A DNA stretch of 64,000 nt, from assembly GCF_009914755.1 (NCBI RefSeq), contig NC_060926.1; one strand, given 5' to 3'. Shown here in pieces: positions 51,905 to 64,000 of the stretch. The position numbers were made by a program, and so were the translations under genes. Source of the DNA: the human T2T-CHM13v2.0 reference genome, Homo sapiens. Below the pieces are notes generated by a model that saw only the letters and a program-made list of their open reading frames with translations, was not told where the DNA came from and ran no database searches. Position 1 is the first letter of the stretch, and the number at the start of each line of letters is the position of its first letter.

Positions 51905-53155
51905 TTTTTTTTTTTTTTTTTTTGGTAGAGATGGGATTTTGCCATGTTGCCCAGGCTGGTCTCGAACTCCTGGACTCAAGTGATCTGCCAGCCTCAGCCT
52001 CCCAAAGTGCTGGGATTATAGGTGTGAGCCACCACACCTGGCCCCTTTGCATATTTTTAAAATTGGATTTTTTGTCTCACTGTTGAATTATAAGAGTTAT
52101 TTTTATATTCTGGATACAAGTTCCTTATCAGACACAGGATTTGGAAACATTTTCTCCCATTCTGTAGGTCATATTTCTTACTTTCTTGCTGCTGTTCTTT
52201 GAAGCACAAAAGTTTTTTACCTGATGAAATCCAAAGTATCTAGTTTTTCTTTTTTTGCTTGTGCTTTTGGTGTCATATCTAAGAAACCAATGTTTCATCT
52301 TAGGTCATGAAGTATTCTAGTTTTAGCTCTTACATTTAGTTATAGGATCCATTTTCTTTTTACTTTTGGATCCATTTTCATTTACTTTTCTTTTTACTTT
52401 ACTTTTATTTTTCTTTACTTTTTACTTTCTTTTTACTTTACTTTTATTTTTCTTTACTTTTTACTTTCTTTTTACTTTTTACTTTCATTTACTTTTTACA
52501 TTTAATAACTATGTTATGGCATTTTTTCCTCTTATGAGCCATTTTGAGTTAGTTTTTATATGATGTGAGGTAAGGATTCAATAATACTTTTTGAATGTGA
52601 ATATCCAGTTGTCCCAGCGCTATTCTTTCCTCCATTGAATTGTATTGACACCCTTGCTGAACATCCAGTTAACCATATATGTAAGGGTTCATTTTTAGAG
52701 CTCAATTCTGTTCCACTGATCTATATGTGCAGGCATATCCTTATACCAGTACCACACTGTCTTGATTACTATAGCTTAGTAATAAGTTTTGAAAGAGAGA
52801 AGTGTGAGTCTCCCTACTTCGTTCTTTCTTTTCAGGATTGTTTTTGCTATTCTAGGGATCAGCTTTCAGTTTCTGCAAAAAAAAGGCAGCTAGATTTTAA
52901 TAGGGATTGCATAGACCCTGTAGATCATTTCCAGGAATATTGCCATTTTAACAATATTAAGTCTTCCAATCCATGAACACAGGGTGTCTTTCCTTTACTT
53001 AGGTCTTCTTTAATTTCTTTTAATGATGTTTGATGTTTTATAGTTTCCAATGTACAAGTCTTGAACTTCTTTTGTTAAATTTATTCCTAAGGATTTTGTG
53101 TTTTTCAATATGATCATAAATAAAATCATTCTTTTAAATTTAATTTTTGTATTGT
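50816..53155 (-). mobile_element. L1MB-type fragment containing an AluJ (~51705-52043) with (TA)n expanded in its linker
   Basis: Minus-strand ORF2 C-terminal-like peptide (QPFWKTVWQFLK...HTMEYYSAIKRNE); (TA)n at ~51858-51900. Confidence 0.85.
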
Positions 53156-54274
53156 TATACTAAGTTTTTGAAGAAGATTAATTAATGAAAGTCTGGAAGC
53201 CTGGCCTGCACAACTATGGGATTGCTCAACCCCTAAAGCAAGCCCTGAGCTTTCAAACCTGCACCAGCAGGAAATGGGCTATAAAACCCATACTCTCGCC
53301 ACCCTAGCACACCATGTTCTCCAGTGGCCTCTTCAGATGTGGCCTTGGAGGACAACAAACAAGGAAGGACCTCCCAAAAGGCAGAGCCAGGAGCCACAGA
53401 GAATAATGGATAAAGGAAATGTTTCCCAGGAATTAGTACTAAGGAACTTAGTTCCCTGGGAGGCAGGGAATCTTTGGAATTCTTGCCCGGTGGGATTTAC
53501 TTTATGCTTTGTGCCTGCTATGGGTTCTCCATTCGTCCCTTTCCAAATGGCAGTTTTAATTGTGGTTATCCTGTTTCTACATCTCTTGTATATTGCGTAT
53601 GTGTTGTTGGCTGGTGGAGGGGGACAAATACATGACTTATCTTTTAGTTTATTCATCACTAGGCTAATATCTGAACTTCATATAAAGATCAGACAATTAC
53701 CAAGAAAGCCTGGACCTTGAGACAGTTGCAGTAACGGACAGGACCTGTGGGCTTCATGCTTGGGTAGGGGAGATTAGCATGTTCCATGTTTGGGAAGAGA
53801 ATGTGCATTTATTTGGGTAAACAAAGGTGCAGAGTATAGTGGAGATTGCTAGCTTTTTGTCAATATCCATTCTCCTCTTCTTCAATAGTGGTGGAATACT
53901 CATCTGAACACATTTAACAGCCAGCTAGAAACTCTATTTCCTAACTTCCCTCACAATTAGGTATGTCTCATGACCAAGTCTGAGGCAATGGAATGTGAGC
54001 GGACATGATGTGTGCAACTTCCAGGCCATGCTCTTCAAAGGAAGAAGGTATATCCTCTTCCTCTTTTTCCCTTTCCATCTGGCTGGAAGGTGGAAGTGCT
54101 GTCAGTGGCTAGAGCAACCACCTTGGAGGGAAACCTCAAGTTAAGGGTGGGAGAGCAACAGAAAGAAGCAGCTGTCTTATCACTCTGGTTCTGCCTTCCC
54201 AGACTCCTGCAGGAGCTAACCTTCTGCCTGTTTGCAACACTGTCTTTTGGGGTCTCTTTGTTACAGCAGCCTAA

Positions 54275-54595
54275 TTTTTGTTTATTTATTGATTGATTGA
54301 TTGATTGATTTGTTTGAGACAGAGTCTCCGTATGTTGCCCAGGCTGACGTGCAGCAGTGCAATGTCAGCTCACTGCAACCTCCACCTCCACTGCTCAAGT
54401 GATTCTCCTGTCTCAACATGCCAGTACCCGAGATTACAGACGCGCACCACCATGCCCGGCTAATTTTTGTATTTTTAGTAGAAACGGTGTTTTGCCATGT
54501 TGCCAGGCTGATCTCAAACTCCAAGCCTCAGGTGATCCACCCGCCTTGGCCTCCCAAAGTGCTGGGATTACAGGCATGAGCCACCATGCCTGGCC
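54275..54595 (-). mobile_element. AluS element
   Basis: Reverse Alu with (TTGA)n tail; TSD GCAGCCT. Confidence 0.92.
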
Positions 54596-55236
54596 TGCAG
54601 CCTCACTTCTGCTCTAATAAAAATTTGTTTCTCAGATGGGAGAGACTGGAGCATGTTTGTGTGCTGATGGAAATAATCCATGAGAGAGGGAGAGATTGAG
54701 AAGACAGAGCGAGGGGATAACCAAAGGAACAAAGTCCTTGAGAAGACAAGAAAAGATGGGACTCAGGAAATAAGACATGGAATTTTTCTTTGACTGAAGA
54801 AACTAGGATGCTTCTTCCATTGTGATTGAAAGAATGAGAAAAGATTGGTACAGACGAAGGGAGATTGTGGATTCTGTGGAGAGACAATGAGGAAGGATCA
54901 GTGTATTTGCAAGAGAGTAATGTAATGATAACCTATGGAATCTTTATTTTGTTGGACTCCCCACACCTACCCACAGCACTGGTTCCCTGATACACTCATC
55001 ATTGACCCATGCACCGTTTACTTTTATTTAATTAGCTATTAATTTTTTCTTTTTATTTTTAGAGACAGGGTCTTGCTCTGTCGCCCAGGCTGAAGAGCAG
55101 TAATGTGACTATTGCTCACTGCAGCCTAGAACTCCTGGGCTTAAGCGATCCTCCTGCCTCAGCCTCCAGAATAGCTAGGACTACAGACAAGTACCACCAT
55201 GCCTAGCTAATTAAAAATTTAAAAAATTGGGGGTTG

Positions 55237-56210
<974 letters not shown>

Positions 56211-56534
56211 GACAGGGTCTTCCTGTGTTGCCCAGGCTGGTCACAAACTCCTGACCTTAAGCAATCCTCCCACCTGGGCCTCCCAAAGTGATGGAATTGC
56301 AGGCGTGAGCCACTATATCCAACCTAATTTGTTATTTTTAAAGATGTAATAGGCACCTGCAAAACCACCACCCAAACAAAACTTCTGACAGTGACCCCCA
56401 TTTCACCATATTGTTCCCCTTCCCCTACCCATCCCCTTGCCTCTCTCCACTCAAAGTGGTCATCATCCTGAATTCTGTGTACAAGGTGCAACCGTGCTTT
56501 CCTTTTTATATGGTTTTATTGCATCTCTCTATAT

Positions 56535-56853
56535 TTTCTTTTTCTTTTTTTTTCTTTTTTTTCTTTTTTTCTGAGACGGAGTCTCGCTCTGTCGCCCAGG
56601 CTGGAGTGCAGTGGCATGATCTCGGCTCAGTGCAAGCTCCGCCTCCCGGGTTCACGCCATTCTCCTGCCTCAGCTTCCGAGTAGCTGGGACTACAGGCAC
56701 CCACCACCAAGCCCGGATAACTTTTTTGCATTTTTAATAGAGACAGGGTTTCACCGTGTTGGCCAGGATGGTCTCGATCTCCTGACCTCGTGATCTGCCC
56801 ACCCCGGCCTCCCAAAGTGCTAGGATTACAGGCGTGAACCACAGCGCCCAGCC
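56535..56853 (-). mobile_element. AluY element
   Basis: AluY diagnostics; TSD GCATCTCTCTATATTTTC. Confidence 0.94.
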
Positions 56854-56959
56854 CGCATCTCTCTATATTTTCAAAAATTATAGACATATTTTTATATTAG
56901 CTGTCTTTACCTTCATTAAAAGGGTATCATTCTCTACATAACCTTTTGGGACTTAAGTT

Positions 56960-57228
56960 TTTGGCTTAATTGTATCTTGCTAAGATTCATCGACATTGTT
57001 TCAGTTGCTGTGGCTCATGTGCTTAGCCTGCTTAGGATATTCTGTTGTGTGAATATTGCCCTTGATTCATTCATGAGCCATGGAATCTTAGTGGGAAAGG
57101 AGAGAAGTAAAGGCAGGAGGGGTTGATGGATGGAGAAGGAGTGAAGGTACCAACGGACTGGAGAGCTCCATGAGGACAGAGAGCTGTGGCAGGGCACCCA
57201 GGCCAGGAAGCAAATGGGCTTGGGGGTG
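56960..57228. repeat. Donor arm of an inverted duplication (partner 55272-55527)
   Basis: Reverse complement matches the partner at ~94% plus one 14-bp and one 1-bp indel (hand count). Confidence 0.95.
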
Positions 57229-58679
57229 ATATATAGTCGAAGGAGAGAATTTCTGATTTGAGAAGGAGTGAGGCTTTCTGGTGACTGTAAAGTTTTCAGG
57301 GATAAACGAATAGCTAAGGCCAGAATTCTTTGAGATGAGGGTGAAGGAAGCCAGAGGTCAGAGTGCGGACATAGGTCCCTCCATTTTTCTAGGATACTGG
57401 CAGGAGGTGGAGTGGAGAAGAGGAGGTTGGAGCTGGAGTTTCCAGTGCATGGGAGCTGGGAGCTGACAGGGAGAGGAGGGAGGGCAACATAGCAGGAGGC
57501 AGGAGTGTCAGTGGCGCAGGGTTTTATAAGAGGTTGGGAGTAATGTGCTGGAAATGACAATGAGGAATAATAAGGCCAAAACTCCACATCTTTTAGCCCT
57601 GAGGTGCAGAGAATGTGAGATTAAACAGCCTCCACTTGGAGGTGGTGGTTCAAGGCCTGGAGGAGGAGGCAACATTCCAAAAAGAGCTTGAAGATACAGG
57701 GGAGTGTGCTGACCGTGGCGCAAGAGCTCCAGCATGCATTGTGCAAGAGCAGAGGGGAGGGGCAGAGCCGATGGGGCAAGCAGCACATCAGGACTCAGCT
57801 TCGGCAGAGAAGGAAGTCAGTCGGGCTGTCCTGGGAGGGGAGGTGACCCCAGGTCTCATGGGTGGTCAGTCTTGGCTACACCTCACAAGCTACAAGTGGC
57901 TGCATGTTTTCACAGTGGCATGGGTGTGGAGGGGTCAGCTGTCAGCATCTCGCCCCCATGCTATCATGTCACCAGCCCCATTTGTCCCTCGGGCTTAATG
58001 TACCCCACTGGAGAGAGAATCAAAAAGTCACTGCTCCTTCCTTGGCTACAATGCTGGTGTCAGGGGAAACCAGTGTGGAGAATTGTTTTGGTTAGCGGTG
58101 GGGACAAAGGCCTAGCCTGGAAACCGAACACTGTCTTCCTGCTGGCTCAGGTGGGGCTTGTGGGCTCCTGTGGCCCTGGGACTCCCTGGGACTTCTGACT
58201 CCGGTCTGAGGATAGAGGCACCATTTTGGCTCTTAGGGAGCCCCCAACTAAGGGAGGAGGCTTGAAGGAAAGAAGAAGGGGTGAAGCCAGCCACTTGGGA
58301 GCCAAGGAAGGCTCTAAGAGAAACGTGGGCCTGCTTGCCATTGTTCTTCAACACAATCAGCACAGAAAGAAAGGAAGAGCCCAGCCCAGCCTCAGCCTGT
58401 TTTTGTGGTCCTGAGGCAACGTTTCCTTCTGGATTTTCCCAATTGGGCTCCACTCAATTATGCTTCTTTAATTATGAAAGCTTGGAATGAGGGTGGGGCA
58501 TTGTTAGACACAGAACCATTCGATGACTTTCTGTGCCCCGTCTCTTACACTGGCCTATAGCACGTCACAGATACTGCCTCTCCCCAATCTCAGGAGCCCA
58601 GGACCTATCACACTAGTGTTCTTTTGCCCTCTGGCCCTTTCTTTTTCTAATTATATATTTTAAAAACTGTTTTAAAAAT

Positions 58680-58799
58680 AACAGAGACGAGGTCTCCCTA
58701 TGTTGCCCAGGCTAGTCTCGAACTCCTGGGCTAAAGGGATCCTCCTGACTGGGTCTCCCAAAGTGCTAGGATTACAGACATGAGCCACCACACCTGGCC
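58680..58799 (-). mobile_element. Alu monomer (FLAM-like)
   Basis: Left-arm-only; TSD CTCTGGCCCTTTCTTTT. Confidence 0.85.
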
Positions 58800-59387
58800 C
58801 TCTGGCCCTTTCTTTTTCCTCCCTTAGGCCACAGAGGATCTGGGTGGGATCCTAGGGCTGGAACATTCCCAGGTACCAGGAGAAGAGCAGTTCTTCCTGA
58901 ATGTTCCATTGCTCAGCTCTCGGTAACTGGGCCTCTAGTTCCCTGTCTCAGGGGGAGACGGGCTGTTTGCTGCGCTAGCCCTTACGTTAATGCGAGGAGC
59001 ACCACTCCCATACTCAGTGGAGGAGGGAGCGATACCTTCACATTTCTCCATGGCTCCAGCACTCAGGACCCCCAGCAGATGAGAGGGCCATGACCTCCAC
59101 TCCATAGCAGCTCCTGAGCTGAAGCAAAGGCTGCTCTAACCCGTATGCAAAATCCTTTGAACATACCAGTGGCATGGAGTCAGGATAGAGGGGGAAAAAT
59201 GAAATTAACTTCTCAGGTTAGGGTGAGCAGATCTGGCCCTGTTAGGTGTCTTGCCACACTCTCAGCAGAGGGGAGGCTGGCCACAGGCAGAATTTTTCTG
59301 GATTTGGATGCAGGGAACAAAATTAGTCCTCACACAAGAGATAGAGTTTCAGCTCACAGCAATGTGTACCAAGAGAAGGTCCCAAGA

Positions 59388-59853
59388 TGTATTAATTAGG
59401 ATATAGACTTGGCTGATATAACAGAGATCCAAAATAAGAGTGGCTCAAACAAGATCGCTGTTTCTTTCCTCTTGTGCAACAGTCCAGGCATAGACAGTTT
59501 GGGATCAAAATAGTATCAGGCACTTGTACTTCTTCTAACTCACTTACTGATGTGCCATCCCTCTGGTCCTGCCCTCACCCATAGGATCCAAGATGACACT
59601 CCATCACATAGGCTTCTAGCCTGCACGAAGTTGGGGAGAGAGGGCCCCAGAAGCAGGTTCTCTCCTTTTAAGGACACCATCTGGAAGTCACAGACAATGC
59701 TTTTGCTCATATCCCATTGGCCAGAACTGTTAGACATGTAGCTATCCTTAGCTGCAAGGGAGCCTGGAAAATGTAGTTTTTATTCCAGTAAACACCTTTT
59801 GGTCTATGAGAGAAAAGGGAAAATTGTTCTGGGGGCCAACTAGCAGTTCTGCC
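59388..59853 (-). mobile_element. MLT1J/K-like solo LTR
   Basis: tgtatt...ctcatatcccattggccagaact...agctgcaagggagcctggaaaatgtag...ctgccaca. Confidence 0.75.
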
Positions 59854-59974
59854 ACATGAGACCCCAAGTACACAGCAAGGAGGTTCTTGGATTTGTCTGC
59901 CATGTGCCCCACTCCCCCTGGCCACAGGGGCAGGCAAGGGACTCAATCTGGGAAAATGACCTCTGACCACAGCA

Positions 59975-60020
59975 ATTGCCCAGAACTGGACACATGATTC
60001 AAGTGGATCCAATCAGGGTT
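59975..60020 (-). mobile_element. CR1/L3 LINE RT remnant
   Basis: Minus-strand PLESCVQFW resembles the CR1 motif PHLEYCVQFW. Confidence 0.55.
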
Positions 60021-60068
60021 CTTCCTCAGGCCTTTTGCTTTTCTTTTCTTTTTTTCAAAAAAGTTGAA

Positions 60069-60585
<517 letters not shown>

Positions 60586-60927
60586 CCTCAGGACTTTTTC
60601 TAAGCAAGCCTGGTAGCAGACAGTACAATTTCCTTTCTGGTCATGAGACTGTGAGGATGTAATGCTGAACCGACCACAGGCATTATTCCTGCAGGGGAAG
60701 GAGGGTGCACAAAGCCCATTTGCGGAAGAAAGGGTGTTGCTCACCTCTGAGAGACAGAGAGAGAAGAGACAGGAGGTGATAGTCTGGTGGGTGAGTAGGC
60801 CTCATTCTGGCCTCTTCAGGGCCTGCTCTGTCTTTGCCCTGCTTGAGCCAATAGTCAACATCCCCCTCTCACCAAGCTGATTCAAGTCAAGTTTGAGCCA
60901 TTCGCAACCCTTAGTACTGCAAGCCGC

Positions 60928-60960
<33 letters not shown>

Positions 60961-62889
60961 CCCTGGGGAAATGAGTGAATGGCTGGGGGACACAGCTGAG
61001 ATGGAAAATCTGGAAGGAAAGTGCTCCAACCACGCCGTCTCTCTCCCCTGCACATGTGCCCTGTGGCACCTCAAAGTTCCCTTCACCGCGGAGGCTGCTG
61101 GGTTTCTCCGCATTTTCCCATCCAGCCCCGCCGCCGCCTGCCATCCAGCCCTCCTCCCAGGCTTGCTGCAGCCGGCCCAGCTGCGAGGGGGCCCGAGGAC
61201 GGCACTGCACAAAGGCCCCATTCTCAGCTGGCGGGGGCTGTTATCAGCCCAGCCTAAACTGTGAATCACCTGCATCTGTGGGCAGCCCTGTGGGTGGGGC
61301 TGCTTGATTTCCCCTCTGGGCCTCCCTTGGCCAGAACCTGTGAGTGGGGGCGGACTCTCAATAAAGGTTCATTGTTCTCCATCCCCTCTGCTATCGGGTT
61401 CTGTGACTGCCTTCCCGAGCCCCTTCCTCTGCTCCTCATTCAGCCTCTTCTCCCTGGACCCTGGCCCTCTGAGCACCATTCCACACCCCACCTCACCTTG
61501 ATTATCAGCAGAATCCCTTCAGGAGAGCCCAGGTGGTGACCCGGGAAAGCAGGAGAAGGGCATTGGCTGGCTTTGCCTCCAGGGCAGTCAGAATGAAGGC
61601 GGATCTGAACCGCTGGCTGGCTCCCCAACTTACTTGAGGTCCCCCACTGACTGCAGACAGCAACCAAGCTGTCCTGGGCCTGTGGTGTCACCTGGTGGTC
61701 AGCCTTGGAACTTGTCTGGGAGGTTGGGGGGGGGGGCGGTCACACATGTTCCGTAATCTCTCTATTCTTCCCTGTTTTTTGTTTTTGTTTTAAACTGTAA
61801 TGGGTTCAGTTCTGCTCATTCTTCCTCAGGCCATCTTTAAAACAGAAATTCCAAATCCCAGAGCCTACTTCGGTCATCTCCCTTTCTTCCGACCTTACCC
61901 CAATTACCTCAAGAGGTCCTTTTCCCACTGTATGTTCAGTCTACCCAGCCAACGTGCTGACTGAGACAGGGCAGGCCCACCCCCAAGTCAAGAAAAAGGC
62001 AGACTGAAAGTCAGAGAGATAACTAGAATGATGAAGAATAGAAGTTTTCGACTTCAAAAGCCCTTGAAAACTTTCCTTCAGAATGCCACACCCATCTGCC
62101 CATCCTCCTGTTAAGAACCCTGCTTTCCTTCAAGCATCAGTTTTCAAGAGAAAATAGGTTGACTTTTCCAGATCCGAATTGTGATTTTTCCATTTCTACT
62201 ACAGGTCTTGCAACAGTAGGGTTTTCTGTCCTTCCCGTGTAGCTGAATGGCAGCCCAGCTTTGAGATGGGTTTAATGGGCATTTATTATGCCCCAACCTG
62301 GAAAACTGAGCCCCATTCATAACCCTGAGTTCTCGACTTTCTATTGGCTCATTGTGTGAAATGCCAAACCACTTCATAGAAACATTTTGAAATCTAACCC
62401 ATTGGAAAGTCGGGACAGCCTGACGAAGATATTTAAAGGAAAGGTCATGAGATGCTTTCTGAGCAGGATGGTGGCTGCTGCTTCTTGTTCCTGTTGCCAT
62501 TTCAAACAGGCTAGTATATGAGAACTATCTGATTTCCCCAAAATGGAAATCCTGATCCTTGAAGAAGTCTTGAGGCTTCCGAAATGGGTTGTGCCAGTGG
62601 CCTAAGGTTGGGGGAACGAGGTGTGGAGTGATGAGTTAAGTAGCGATGTGAGCACAGAGACTAGGCAGAGAGGATGTGAGGAGGCCGGGTTGAGTGGAGG
62701 ATCTGGAGAGAGTTTTAGTGCCAAGACTGGAGACAGACCCAACTGACTTCTACCTGACAAGAAGGGCCCAGTGGAAACACATGGAGACTCCAGGCAGGTG
62801 AATAATTTCATATCCTACCAAAGCCATATTCTTTTACTATGTTCCACTTTAGTGTAGCAGAAACTGATCTGTGCTTGGAGGAATGAGGG

Positions 62890-62949
62890 AGTAGACAGAG
62901 AAGAGGGTCCCCGTTACCAAGTAGGCAGAGAAGAGGGTCCCTGTTAGCA
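62890..62949. repeat. 2 x 30-bp imperfect tandem duplication
   Basis: agtagacagagaagagggtccccgttacca / agtaggcagagaagagggtccctgttagca. Confidence 0.9.
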
Positions 62950-64000
62950 ACACTCCATCTCCTCTGAGCGGTTCAGCTCTCACCCCAATGAGACAAAAAC
63001 TCTGCAGAGACCTTCCCCACCTTCCTTAGAGACTGACTGCTATTATACTAGCCTGCTCTTTTGGGGGTATCCCTAATCACCCTATTGCAAACCACTCATT
63101 AAAACATGCAACTGTCCCATAGAGGAGTTGCAGATATGGTTTTCTTGGTCTCCTTTTATTTCCAGTGATGTTGGAGTGCCTCCGAAAGATGGCACCCTGG
63201 GAAGCTTCTGGGTGCTGGGCACTGAGCATGTTATCTCATTTCATCTCCCTGCCAGGGCACTATCATAAGCTCCATTCCACCTGGTGCAACTGAGGCTGAG
63301 GGCAGTTAGGTTAGCTGCCCAAGAGGTTAAGAGCTGCTGAGAGCTGTTGAGAGCTGCCATCCTACCTTGGAGCTGAGATCTGAATTCAGCTTCATCCATC
63401 TTAGTCTGAAGATCTTCACTTCCTCCCCTTCCTGCAGGACAAAATGGAAAGAAAAAGCCCTTGAGAACAGGAGGGTAGGACCTATGAGGGGCCATAGGGG
63501 GTGGAGGTTCGAACAGGGAGCTACGAGCCCACTCAGATATCCAGTGGGCAGCAGGGAGGAAGACTGCCTGCCCAGGACGGCCACAAAACAGCCCTGGGGG
63601 GGTGAGGGGGGTGTGAGGAGCCAGCATGGGAAAGTGAAGGAGCCTTGTTCTGTAGAGGGAAACCCCCTCCTCCGCAGCAGAAACACTAGAAGTGTCCACT
63701 GATAGAACAGGGTGGGCCTGGGTCAGCAAAAAGCCCAAGAGAGATCTTTGCAGGAGAAATCTCTCCTTCGGTGCTGGAATTGGAGAGTGAATAAAGTCCT
63801 TTGGGCCAGGTGGAGTCAGCAGTGCCGAAAGCCTGGGAGGTGGCCCTGGTTGGTCCCTCTTTTCCCATCTCCCCTCCTTCAGCTCCAGAGCCAAGGAGGG
63901 GCTGGCCGTCCGTTCCTGGCCTCACCAGCAGAGGTCTCCAGAGCAGGGAGCAGAGGGCTTGGGGTGGGGGAGGGAATGGAAGGATGCCCTGCACCTTCCG

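Larger units (their letters stand above)
49230..54275 (+). mobile_element. Second degraded MLT1 (MaLR) provirus with nested LTR16 and L1M
   Basis: LTR-like segments ~49230-50012 and ~53835-54275; internal region homologous to 23010-24200. Confidence 0.6.

Noticed and set aside
52344-52500. Repeated ggatccatttt and (TTTTAC)n units
   Set aside because: Ordinary slippage expansion within an old L1.
59054-59076. Partial REST/NRSE motif (TCCAGCACTCAGGAC)
   Set aside because: The right half-site does not match.
62331-62415. 17-bp imperfect inverted repeat (possible structured RNA)
   Set aside because: Three mismatches and a long loop; more likely a Tigger-like remnant or chance, and cannot be supported further.

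Overview
Great-ape/human-type genomic DNA (AluJ/S/Y elements plus an L1PA2-type LINE-1). It appears intergenic or deep intronic: no host protein-coding exon, RNA gene or named gene is recognisable, and the locus cannot be identified from sequence alone. The only real coding remnants are transposon-derived: a full-length 6,040-bp L1 (28734-34773, 11-bp TSD, both ORFs disabled) and a fossil Charlie-type hAT transposase (~36425-38090). The window also holds about 30 Alu elements, two degraded MLT1 (MaLR) proviruses with nested insertions, old L1M/L2/MIR/CR1 fragments and hAT MITEs. The most interesting signals are fossil rearrangement scars centred on Alus: (i) a 256-bp inverted copy of nearby DNA inserted in an AluS, with a snap-back junction patchwork resembling Pol-theta/MMBIR repair; (ii) a 79-bp locally templated insertion inside a scrambled AluJ; (iii) an Alu-Alu unequal-crossover tandem duplication that left a chimeric Alu. 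Also noted: a cluster of AT>GC substitutions in L1 ORF2, a compact endoderm-type motif cluster (~19010-19105) and a candidate CTCF site (~14478-14511). I see no evidence of a wholly new biological system. Repeat subfamily names and consensus comparisons are from recalled consensus sequences, not a database search; boundaries of old repeats are approximate.
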